Assembly (NCBI GenBank): GCA_043228905.1
Contig: JBHGNT010000012.1
Span: 7,378,001 to 7,442,000 of the forward strand
Length of the DNA stretch: 64,000 nt
Reading direction: 5' to 3'
Origin: Azolla caroliniana
Lineage: Eukaryota > Plantae > Polypodiophyta
The position numbers and the translations under genes were made by a program. The notes below the pieces were generated by a model, which worked only from the letters and a program-made list of their open reading frames with translations, ran no database searches and was not told where the DNA came from. Numbering within the stretch: position 1 is the first letter of the stretch; every line of letters starts with the position of its first letter. Below, piece by piece: positions 37,672 to 49,134 of the stretch.

Positions 37672-40548
37672 CTATATAAAGCTAGAAAAGAGATGGTTGC
37701 AATATACGTGAATGTTCAATGGAGTTATATTCTTCATAATAATGCTTACATGGTTGCTTTGGTGATGGAATTCCCGTGACCAGCCATTTGATACATATGG
37801 GTATTGATCTCTTCTATAATGATTATGGATGCCTTGATAGGTAGTCACCACAAAACTAGGATCAATGGTTGATCGTTCGATGCGTTTCTTTACTCTACAT
37901 TCCTTTACGTTACACCGATAGTAGTTTCTACACCAAATTAAGACTTGGATAATATCATGATTCATAGACAAATATATGTATAGTATAAATATTCAATAGG
38001 TTCTCTTAAATATGATCTAACTTCCAAGTTTGATATTAGATCTAATCCAAAAGTTGCACTATAATGATGATTGTGTAGATACTGTCTAATAATGAAACAT
38101 TTTCAATGAAATAAACTATGAAATAAAACATGGTCATTTGAGGATTCTATGGTCTAACTAAAATTGTCTATGTATTTCAATGGTAAGTAGTTGTTTACTA
38201 GTTGGGAAGTTAGCTCCTTGCTAAAGGTTGGAAGTTGGAACTTCAACTCATCCCCCATCATGAGTTATGGCAAATGGAAATCAAGCTAGGCATGTGGTTG
38301 AATAGGGCAAACAATTGACTCATCGGAACTTACAAGGGACGAGAATGCCTTGCCTAATTGATTCTTTGAAATTTACAACATTATCAAATCCTAGATCCTA
38401 AATGCAACATTAAAGGGGGTGGGAGATTCCATACCTAACACATTGCCATAAAGTGTGAATAAAGCTTAAAGTGTTTATCAAGGTGCCATGATTGGAGTAG
38501 GGGGATGTTGTAGGATGATGGATCCCACATTGCAAATCATACATTTAGATGCTCCATGTATTGTGACCATAAATGGTTACCTATTGTACTTCCCACTTTG
38601 TGATTAACGATGTCATAAGGTTCTACAAGCAAGGTAAAACAAACCTCAAGGGATCAAGCAAAGAGGATAAGTAATTTAAATATCACAACTTCCTATTCCA
38701 AATGTTTACAGTGGGAGACTTGAGTGCATAACCAGTTACAAATGCATAGCCTTTGCATGTTTTAATTATTATATTTTGACAAATTACAAAACAAGTTTCT
38801 ACAAGAAATTCATAACATATAGACAAAGGGGATAAGTTGTTATGTTCTCACTCTTTTAATTATCATATTTTGACTAATGACAAAACAACATTCTACAAGA
38901 GAATCACAACATACACACAAAGAGGGCAAGTTGTTATGTTCCCAATCCTTATGTTACAACTCTCATGATTGATCAATTCTCATGTTTGTTTCAATTACTT
39001 TCCTCATATGCAAGACTCGAACTTGCGAGTGAGGCATCTACACATGTTCATGGTATTGGAACATAAATTTCCATTTCTCATAACCATGTGGTTAACGATG
39101 TTGTGGTGTTCAACAAGCAAGGTGCAACATATCTAAAGTGATCATCCAAATGGGCTAATAATGACACACGGCTAGAATTATGGGAAGGAATTATTAGAAC
39201 AAAGTCATAACCTTCTTCCACAATCAAGGTGCAACATAACTACATATATCATAAAAGGGGCTAACAATGTTATGATAACATACATAGAGAGGTCATGTAA
39301 AAGGGCTACAAGAAGGTACACCATTCTTACAAAGATGATGCAAAGGGTAAGGGGTTAGTAGGCCATGCTTTCTCATAAGAATCAAAACAAAGAAGCCATG
39401 TGTTATGCTCACAATTGAGCCAAATCACTCACTGAAAACTCAAGGTCAATGAGAAACATTCAACAAGTGCCGAATTGTGAACTTTTAGAAATGTTTTCAA
39501 TGTTAAGGCTTTCTAGGACAATTTTCCGAAATCATTCGCCAATAAAGTTTTGCCACCTTAAGAAAAGTGCTTTAGAAAATTATTGATTTTTAAGTGTATG
39601 GGCAATTGTTGCGAAGGTTTGGCACACATTTCAAGTTCCTTCCACAATAATCACTAAGTTTTGGCAGAAAATCTAGAAACAACAACACGCGAGGCGTATT
39701 ACCACGTTCTAATGGCTATTAATACATAAGTCCCTATGGGCGGGAGCATGGCAACATGGGAACCTTAACTCTCCTAATTGTGTAGAGTGCCCACATGCAG
39801 TAGAATCCATACGACACGCTCTATGGGACTGCCCAACGTCCCATCGAATATGGCAGGGGGTTGGCCGCTTGTTGCAATTATGCCAGGTGCAAGGCTCAAT
39901 CAAGTGGGGAAATATATGTCGGCTATCATGGCAGGCCGCAATTGGCAGATACGAGCATAAGGAGGAGGGGATGACTTTGGTGATAAAAGCACAAGAGGTC
40001 CTTTTCTCCTCCAGTGGCAATGTCCACTCCATTCCTCTTAATGACAAATCTCAAGAGGTGTTGGAATTGGTTAGCCCAATAACCCTTTGGATTCTATGGA
40101 AACAACGATGTAGTTGAGTCTTCTCCAACCAAACCGCACATTTAACAAGGTTACTGCAAGAGATATGGAGTGAAATTGTAGCCACTCCAAAGAGCCAATA
40201 TGATGGCCTTAGGGAGTTGAAAGACAACGAATAGCCTTCATCCAACAATGGTCGTCCTCTCCCTTTCTTGAGTCAGGGGGCATCCACATAAGATGGAACT
40301 ATCGCGTCCCTTCAGGGATTTGTACATAATCGTCTCATTTGCAAAATTTTATAACTAATGGAAGGAGTTTTTTTTTGGAAAAAAAAAAACAATTTGGGAA
40401 ACTTCAAATTTTACATTATGGGGAAATATCAAGGTTAGGGCTTACAATAATAACATCAATCTTACCTTACTATTTTCAAAACATTAGAAAATTCTACCCA
40501 TGTGAAAATGATAATCTTACCATCGTTAACTTCAATTTTCACAATTGA

Positions 40549-40601
<53 letters not shown>

Positions 40602-41269
40602 ATAAGTGCTTGGAAGAAAGGGTTATAAAGATATGGGGTTTTCATAAGCCCATTACTTGGTGGCTTCATGTGATCAAGGCGGGTTGGTGTTTTCAATTCA
40701 TGCTATGAGCCAAGGTGTTTATTTCAAGAGTTATGGTTGGAGCTTTACCATTAGGGGATGCATTAAAAAAAAGAAACATTACTAAAAGATCGTGTTTCTT
40801 TTGTTCGGTGAAATTGGAACATAGTAGGCATCGATTTATTTCATGCCCAATGGCAAGGATGGTTTGGAGGTGTATTAGTTTAGTGTGGATGTCTCTAACT
40901 GGAGTAAGCCTATCTTCCTTCAGTTGGGTTTTTGCACATATGAAGAACAATGAACCAATGCCTCATTTTCAAATTATTTTTGAGTTCTTGAGGTATTGGG
41001 GGCTATGGTGCAATTGAATATGCGGAATGCCTTCACTTTTGATTCACAAGTTGGGTGAGAAAATATGTTTTAAAGTTAAAAGGACTTCTTTTGTGGCAAT
41101 TGACAGTGCTAGAGAAGTCACGAAATCTCAACAACGAAGAGAGAAAACTCTGCAAGGTCACATATCATCATGTTCGTCATTTGAATTGGTGTGTAGGGTG
41201 GCATTGAGTTTGGAGTCGTAGTAAGTTAGTCATGGTGGTGTTTTTTCTTCGTAATGAAAGCCATTATTT

Positions 41270-41316
<47 letters not shown>

Positions 41317-42818
41317 ATTGTAGATGGATGTAGCTTAGTTGGTAAGATTGCCCAATGGAGACCAGGAGGTCAATGGGTTTAACCCCTACATTCCATAGTG
41401 GCATCTATGTTTATCTTGCCTATAGGCAAATTCAACATGTGTAGTGGTGACCATACTCCATTGTGGTACCATTGTAGTGTTTTTCACACATTGATTAATA
41501 TAATTGAGTGTTTTCACTGAGAGAGAGGGAGGGAGGGACTTCATGTAGATTGGGAGGGTTAGACGGGTTTAGTGTTAGAGTGATAGTTTTCTGAAACCAT
41601 TTCTAGAGAACCTTCTAGTGGGTGGTCTTTCTTTGATTTTCCGGGACCATTTCTATAGAGGAAGCTTCAAGCCGTGGTTTTCATTTGTCTCTAATATTAT
41701 CCGGAACCATGTGAATAGAAAGGAAGGGCATTCTCTGTGATGGAATTCCGAGAGGTAGGGAGGGGTATTTCCGCTATTTTCCAAAAACTGGGAAATACCG
41801 AGGCCGGTTTTAGAGACCATAAAAACCATGGAATTCGAGGCTTTTTGATATTTTCCCAAAACCATGGAATTCATTCCACGATGGTTTTCCGAGAGGGAGG
41901 GAGGGGTATTTACGGTATTTTCCAAAAATCGGGGCCAGGTTTTAGTGACCGTAAAAACCATGGAATGCAAGGCTTTTCGATATTTTCCCAAAAAAGAAAA
42001 AAAAACAAAAACCATGCAATTCATTTCTCCAAAATCAAATGCAATCTGAAGGTGGTTTTTCTGATGGTTTTTTTTTTTTTTTTTTTCAAAACCGCTTAAA
42101 ATTTTGACCCCAAGGAAGAGGTGGGTGGTTTTATAATTTATTTATTTATTTTCTCTTTATTTCTATGAATATTATCAAAAACCAGAAACCATTATTCATT
42201 CATTCAAAATTGAAGGAGAGGGGTAGCCGTGGTAATTTCAGAAAACCAGAGAAATGGCTATGGAAAGGAAGGTGGGAAGGGATTCGAACCTTGGATGCCT
42301 GCTGTTCTTCACTGGTTTCTGACCATACTTCCGCCATTTGTAGCCATCATTGATGATGTCTGTGTCGCTCCTCATCTGAAATGCCACTCGAGGTTCTGCC
42401 GCTGATAATGATTTCTTCGCCTGAATCTTCTTTAAATCCTCCCCCTTCATCTCCCTCCTGTTTTGCCACAGGTAAATTAGTACCACATTTCTTAAATCAG
42501 CCAAATTCACGGAGGTCGATTGATTCTGCAAGTAAATCGGAGATTTTTTAGAAGGACTTACGGTGTAACGGATTCAGTTTGAGATGAGTTAATGTTGGAT
42601 AGTGATGATGATGATGACGACGATGGAGGAGGAGGAACAGAAGCTTCAACTGAATTATCAGAAGGAATAACGGGAGGAAACTCCATGACCTGACGAATGA
42701 ATGCATCAAAGAACTCATCCTCGCCATCCCGATTGTTGGTGATAACATTGGAATTGTAATCCCCAGGCCACGCTAGAAGCTCTTGCTTCCAATTGGCTTC
42801 TTCATTCAAGGTTGCCAT
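37672..42818 (-). CDS. WRKY transcription factor, single domain, group IIc-like, about 226 aa
   Basis: Exons 42818-42562, 42457-42290, 37927-37672, phases consistent. EPRVAFQMRSDTDIINDGYKWRKYGQKPVKNSRHPR|NYYRCNVKECRVKKRIERS...TTYQGIHNH gives C-X4-C-X23-H-X-H. Conserved R-type phase-2 intron (4.4 kb). Confidence 0.92.
38759..38945. repeat. About 93-bp diverged tandem duplication in the WRKY intron
   Basis: TTTTAATTAT(T/C)ATATTTTGAC...TTCTACAAGA...AAGTTGTTATGTTC, two copies. Confidence 0.7.
39690..40340 (+). mobile_element. L1-type LINE 3' relic in the WRKY intron
   Basis: zf-RVT-like Cys region and 'ITLWILWKQRCS' (W..W..R motif). Confidence 0.6.
40600..41273 (+). mobile_element. 5'-truncated L1/Tx1-type LINE 3' end flanked by (GA)n
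   Basis: 'GALPLGDALKKRNITKRSCFFCSVKLEHSRHRFISCPMARMVW...YWGLW' (zf-RVT). (GA)n runs at 40554-40599 and 41274-41313. Confidence 0.75.
41314..41518 (+). mobile_element. Candidate tRNA-derived SINE or pseudo-tRNA
   Basis: 41325-41395: A box TAGCTTAGTTGG, B-box-like GGTTTAACCC, complementary ends TGGATGTAG / CTACATTCCA. No intact anticodon arm. Confidence 0.5.
41735..42020. repeat. About 140-bp diverged duplication rich in AAAACCATGG
   Basis: GATGG...TCCGAGAGG.AGGGAGGGGTATTT...AAAAACCATGGAAT...TATTTTCCCAAAA at about 41739 and 41880. Confidence 0.65.
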
Positions 42819-42977
42819 CGATTTCTGCTCACTGATATCAGAAAATTGTTGATGCCAAGTCTGAACAACAGATTTGAAAGCAGAATTTGATGATCAAGAT
42901 ATGAGAGGAAGAGAGAGAGAGAGAGAGATTTAGAAATTTCGGATACATCTCTCATTCTCTAAATAGATAGCAATCTC

Positions 42978-43440
42978 ATGATTGATGATGGATGATGATG
43001 ATCATCATGATGATGATCATGATGATGATGATTGATGATGATGATTGATGATGATGATTGATGACTGTCAAAGTCAAGGCCGTAAAAATTGAAGGGTCTC
43101 GCTACATTAGTCAAGAGCTAGAGATGAAATGGAAAGTGTCTTCTTCATTATTGGTTCCTTCACATTCAGAGGAGAAGGTCTTCTTCTTTGTTTTTGACCA
43201 GATTTCTTCTTGGCTTCATCATCAATCCAAAGCAATGCTCCTCAAATGTTATGTTATATTATGCATCCATGTATGTTATGTTATGTTATGTATGTATGTA
43301 TGTTAAGCATACATGCATGTATGTATGTAGGTTTGTATGTATGTATGTATGTATGTATGGTATGTATGTATGTATGTATGTATGTATGTATGTATGTATA
43401 TATGTATGTATGTATGTATGTATGTTATGCATGCATGTGT
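42978..43440. repeat. (GAT)n and (TATG)n microsatellites upstream of WRKY
   Basis: Directly visible at about 42978-43063 and 43270-43430. Confidence 0.9.
43061..43199. promoter_or_regulatory. W-box cluster in the putative WRKY promoter
   Basis: AGTCAA at 43072 and 43109, TTGACC at 43194; 250-380 bp upstream of the ATG. Confidence 0.45.
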
Positions 43441-43949
43441 GTGTGCACCAAGCAAAGGAAAGTAATGTATCATATGCATGCATGTGGGCCCTCATACGTA
43501 TGTAATAATGTATGTATGCAGGTGGGCACCAAAAAAAGGAAAGTGATGTCTCGTATGCATGGATGTGGGCACCAAAGCAAAGGAACACCAGTGGGAAACC
43601 TTCCTAAAAAATGTTTGTGCAAGCAAGTCTCGGACCTTGTGACCATCACAAATTTGCGCCCTTTGTTGGTTTATACATAACCCCCCATCGACTAGAGTAT
43701 GTAAAACAACCTTTATTGGTTGACACATACCCTAGAGTTTCACGACACTTTGAGTGGTGACTAACTACATTAACTAGTAACTTTATTCGTTTTGAGTTAA
43801 GTATGGTCAAGACTCAAAACTATCCTTGTTGGTCCACGCCATTGTTTGGGGATGAACCAAATTAATAATAGCATTCAATGCTTGTTTCAAGGAATAAGAA
43901 CACCCTTTCTCCTAGAGACTAACACGTGCTTGTCCCCATCCCATTCATT

Positions 43950-45400
43950 GTTCACTTTTCTTCGAATCACAATATTTATATATGAACAACATTAATTACA
44001 CCCTCTTCATCACGTTTACTCAAATGCTTGTTTAGGAAGCCTAGGCCCTACACCATGTAAAACACTCATATCTATGAAGAAATGTAGATACATACATCCG
44101 TCTAGGCAAGGTATGTTGAGTGTCTATTTAAAAAGCCTACAATACATATGTATAATCCCATAAACAAACCAAAACTTCTCTCACAAGTTAAAGCATTAAA
44201 AATGTGGAGTTAAACAATTTCATGTTTAATTGCTCCCACGTGCTATATATTATTGGGTGATTCCTCCCTTGGGTGCACCGTGCAACAATAAAGTGAATTA
44301 TCACAAGATGTCATCCTCTCCTACGATCAAACCAACCATGTGTCTATCCCCCCACAAGATAGGTGCAAAAAAAGGAAGCTTTCGAGTGCCTTGGATCTTG
44401 TACCAATACATGTTCCAGACCATTTAAGAATGCAACAATGACATAAATAACATCATATCTTTGTTCAACTTGACTTTTTCCAAGCGTAAGTTGGGATGCT
44501 TGTAGGAGTAAGGAGTTCAAGAAAAAGTAAGAACTGAATCCAACAAAAGGTTGGGATGCTTGTAGGAGTAAGGAGTTCAAGAAAAAGTAAGAACCGAATC
44601 CAACAAAAGGTGGTGTGCACTATAGACATATACCCTTCATATTAATGATTGAAAGGACTTTTTAGAAATAAGACAACCTTTTAATGTAGAGGGTTGTTGT
44701 ACTTGAAGCTTAAACCACATACTTGTATTGTATTACTATGGATAACAAGATTTTAAAAACCTCACCAACTCGACCCAATGGTTTATTGCACATACATTCA
44801 AAATCTTTTCTTACGCTAAATAGACCAAACATTCAAAACCTTCTCTTATTTGGAAAGCATAAAACTCTCACCTATTCGACTATTTATCCACATAGGATTG
44901 AAAATTATGATAAAATATTTTGAATGTGAAATTAGTCTCAATAAATGGTTGGTTAACATAGTTAGCTTGCAATCTAATTATGTGATTAGAATTTGCCATG
45001 CAAAACTAATTTTTCAAAAACAACTTTCGTGCCATGGGCCACCTTGTGCCTATTTGAAAATGAAGGATATAGTATTTCTCTTATCGTATGAGGTCACATT
45101 TACTTCTCATTCGGATAGGTTCGAGTCATATGGTGTTGTATTCAATTTTGGCATGACCACACTTTAATGAGCATTACCCCTACTAGGATTTAGAAAATGA
45201 GTTGCACATCATACTCATTCACATTTTCTTTATAATAAGTGCACATTTGAAGCATGTTCTAAAATTGTGAAGTGTTTACTTACATCCAAGAAGCTTCAAA
45301 ATCTTCGACTTTCGTTGCTTCTACTTGTAGCTACACATCTATAGGGAATACATGACCTAAGAGTTCCACACATCTCAAACTACTTCGGATCTTCGTCTCG
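43950..45400 (-). mobile_element. Very degenerate Copia RT relic with a near-perfect 60-bp tandem duplication (44490-44610)
   Basis: Minus-strand 'VEQ..DV....AFLNGL' (about 44420-44470) and a GAGGATGACATCTTG (EDDIL) YVDD-like motif near 44310. Boundaries uncertain. Confidence 0.4.
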
Positions 45401-45411
45401 ACATAATGGTG

Positions 45412-48400
45412 TGTTGGGGCTTGTCCACTCAAGTGGAGCCCACAACATTGAGTCAGTTGAACGCCGAATAGGCTTAAGGCAAGTTATAATTAGTTGTATT
45501 TATATTTATATATATGTATGTATGCATTTTTTCTTTTTGTATGTTTTTTGGGTGTGTGTCTTTTGTGTGTGTGTGTGTGTGTGTGAACACAGATATAGAC
45601 GTTGGACTACAAGAAGACAATAAGAGAAACACAGAAACAGAAAAAGAGAGACAGCGTGACCTGATTTTCTGAGAGTAAACAGAGAGCAAAAACAGAAAAC
45701 TGTGGGAAGAACAGAAAACAGAGAAAGAGAAACAGAAAATGAAAGAGAGAGCAAGAGGAAGAGTGAATTACTATCACAGATACAGAGACCTGCGAGGGCA
45801 TGTTCGTGCTATTGAAGAACCAGGATTGAACAACACCTGTCTTGTCTACTTGTTTCAAGTTTCTTCGTTTTATGCTTTTCTAGTTTCCATTTTCTTTAGT
45901 TTTCTATCCACCCAGTTGGGCAAGGAATTATAATCTGGGTCATTGTTGTATCCACCCAATCGGGTGAAGATTGTAGCCAAGGCTATTGTCTTGAGGCTAG
46001 GACATTTCTCTAGTCAAAACCTAGAGAGTTCATACGCAACTTGTAATCCTTGTTATTCTATCCACCCGATTGGGTGAAGGTTATAACCAAGGCCATTGCC
46101 TTGGGGTAGATACACCCCCCTAGTGAGGTTGTATTCCGTTGTACTCAAAGATATAGTGAAGTTGTTTGGAACCTACGGTTCCCGTGGTTTTTCCCTATTT
46201 TGGGTTTTCCACGTTAAAATTTTGGGGTACTCTCATTTCCGTCTTGTGGTTTCATCAAGTGTTAATTGTGTTTGAAGTTTAAATAATCTCGATTCGGATC
46301 AATATTCCCAACAAGTGGTATCAAAGCAAAGGTTCATACCTCAACAAAGACTTGGAGTATGGATGAATCATTAGGCGGGATGATCAAACTGACGGGATCC
46401 AACTACCCCATTTGGAAGTCCAAAATGAGGGACATGTTGGTATGTAAGGACATGTGGTTGCACGTATTACATGGTACGAGCAAACCTGAGAACATAGATA
46501 CATTAACATGGGATGCCATGCATCTAAAGAGATCTGCATACATCCGATGTTTCATAGACATGAGTCTATATAACAATTTCTGTGATGAAACCAAAGCAAA
46601 TGAGTTATGGAGAAAAATCGAGAGTATGTTTAAGACAAAAAATGCTTTGAATAGAGTCTCCCTGTTTAGGAAACTTGTAAGAATTAGGTATCAAGATGGC
46701 TCTAGTATGGCAGAGCATCTTAATACGTTTCAAGGACTTATAAGTCAAATTGTCTCTCTAGATATACCTCTAGCAAATGAGGTGTTGACCTTGTTATTGT
46801 TAAGCTCTCTACCAGATAGTTGGGAAACCCTTGTTGTGACGCTTGGGATTGCAACGCAACAAAAGGACCTAACATTGGACATGCTTAAGTTGAATCTTCT
46901 ACATGAAGAAGCATGACGAAAGGAGCATGAGTCCAACTTTGACCTTAGTCATAGAAAACAACTCCTCTAGAGGAAGAAACTATGCTAGGGGTCCACAATA
47001 TCACAAAAATAATTCTAAGGGGAGGTCTAAATCTAGAAATAGGAAAGACTCTAAGAAAGACTTCACGTGTCATTATTGTGGTGGTCTAAACCACTATGAA
47101 AGAGATTGTAGGGAGAAAAAGAGGGACCAAAAGAGTGGAACTACTGACAACAAGAAAAATGATTCCACGACAACCGCATGTGATGGTGATATCATCATCG
47201 TGTGTGATGATGCTTGTGTCAGCTTAGCATCCCAAGAAACCGATTGGATTATCGATTCGGGAACCTCGTACCACATTACCCCATATCGGGAAATGTTCTC
47301 GTCATATGCCGGTGGTGACTTTGGTAAAGTCAAAATGGCTAACCACGGCGTGACTGAGGTTGTTGGCATAGGAAATATAATTCTGACCACGAACATGGGT
47401 TGCAAACTAGTATTAAAAGATGTTAGGCATGTACCAGACATTCGGCTGAATATTATTTCAGCTGGTAAACTTGATGATGAGGGTTACACAAATTCCTTTG
47501 GTGAAGGAAACTGGAAGCTCATAAAATATTAGCAAAATGTCTAAAACAGAATTCCCTCTATGTACTTCATGTTGTGGTGTTCGGCGGAGAGGTAAATGTA
47601 GCCAACAAGGATGCCTCAATTGAGCTATGGCATAAGAGACTTGGGCACATGAGTCAAAATGGACTCGATGTTCTAGCAAGGAAGAACATCTTGCCGAACA
47701 TAAAAGGTATGCACTTGGAAACTTGTGTTGATTGATTGGTCGGCAAACAACACAGAGTTGCCTTTCAACATCTGCCCCCCAAAAGAAAATTTCAGCCATT
47801 GGAATTGGTGCACACAGACTTGTGCTATATGAAAGATAGAACTCTTGGGGGAGCATTGTACTTTGCCACATTTATCGATGACTTCTCGAGGAAGTTGTGG
47901 TGCTTTGCATTAAAGACTAAAGATCAAGTGTTTGAAATCTTTAGGAACTTTCATGTAAGTGTGGAAAGAGAAACTGGAAGAAAGCTGAAATATATCCATG
48001 CCAATAATGACGGTGAATATCAGAGATGATTTGAGGAATATTGTCGTGAGCATGGTATTAGACTAGAGAGAAGTGTCCCAAAAACACCTAAGCACAATGG
48101 TGTGGCTGAGAGGACGAATAGGACAATTTGTGAGCGGATAAGATGTATGTTATCCCACTCAAAATTGCCTAAATCCTTTTGGGGTGAAGCAATGAGGACT
48201 GCAATTGACCTCATAAACCTATCTCTGTCAGCCCCCTTGGATGGCGATGTTCCCGAGAGGGTTTGGACAGGTAAAGATGTGTCATACAAACACTTGAGGG
48301 TGTTTGGATGTAGGGCCTACGTTCACATCTCAAAAGATGAAAGATTCAAGCTTGATGACAAATGCAAACCATGCATATTCTTGGGATACGACCATGAGGA

Positions 48401-49134
48401 ATTTGGCTATAGAATTTATGATCCAGTAGAGAAGAAGGTCATTAGAAGCAGGGATGTGGTATTCCTTGAGGATCAGACCTTACAAGATCCGAAGCCAAAT
48501 GAAATGTCGGATCTCACCCTTGATTTTTCAATCACCGAACACCCAATGCCTACCCTAGACACACAAGGTCATGGGGGAGATACCGAGGAGTATGATGATA
48601 TGGATGATGATGCAACCGATGATGATGATGATGATGGGCAGAATCATGACCATCATACTCTAGGTGACATTTCAGCAGCTCCTTTAGAAGAGGAAGAGGT
48701 TAGAAGGTCTATGAGACAAAGAAGACCTTCTACTAGATATAGCCCACATGAATATGTGATGCTTTTAGATGGAGGAGAGCTAGAAAGCTTTAGAGAAGCT
48801 ATGAAAAATGATCATAAGGAGGAATGGCTTGACGCCATGAATGATCAAATGAAGTCTTTGCAAGACAATCACACTTATGATCTTGTAAAGCTGCCTAAGG
48901 GCAAAAGAGCGCCGAAAAACAAATGGGTTTACAGGCTCAAGACTGAGGAACATCGCTCACAGCCAAGATACAAGGCAAGATTGGTTGTGAAGGGGTTCAA
49001 CCAGGAAAAGGGAATTGATTTCGAGGATATTTTCTCACCAGTGGTGAAGATGTCCTCAATTAGAGTTGTACTTGGGATCACAGCCAGTGTCGATCTAGAA
49101 ATCGAGCAACTCGATGTAAAAACTGTCTTCCTCC
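45412..49134 (+). mobile_element. Ty1/Copia element (Tnt1/Tork-like): 5' LTR plus gag-PR-IN-partial RT, interrupted by a Gypsy insertion
   Basis: LTR 45412-46313 (TGTTGGG...CCCAACA); PBS TGGTATCAAAGC at 46316. gag from 46359 (KLTGSNYPIWK); CHYCGGLNH..C; WIIDSG; LELVHTD; PKHNGVAER; RT YKARLVVKG...EQLDVKTVFL, breaking at 49134. Confidence 0.92.
46359..49134 (+). pseudogene. Disrupted Copia gag-pol
   Basis: ORF pieces 46359-46916, 46903-47532, 47736-48029, 48102-49134 separated by frameshifts and stops. Confidence 0.85.

Noticed and set aside
41325-41395. Functional tRNA gene
   Set aside because: Anticodon and T arms do not form properly; kept only as a SINE-like candidate.
42238-42531. ORF-track N-terminus MQNQSTSVN as the WRKY start
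   Set aside because: It lies in intron 1; phase-consistent splicing 42562/42457 links to the ATG at 42818.
43188-43680. MYVC-repeat ORFs
   Set aside because: (TATG)n microsatellite.
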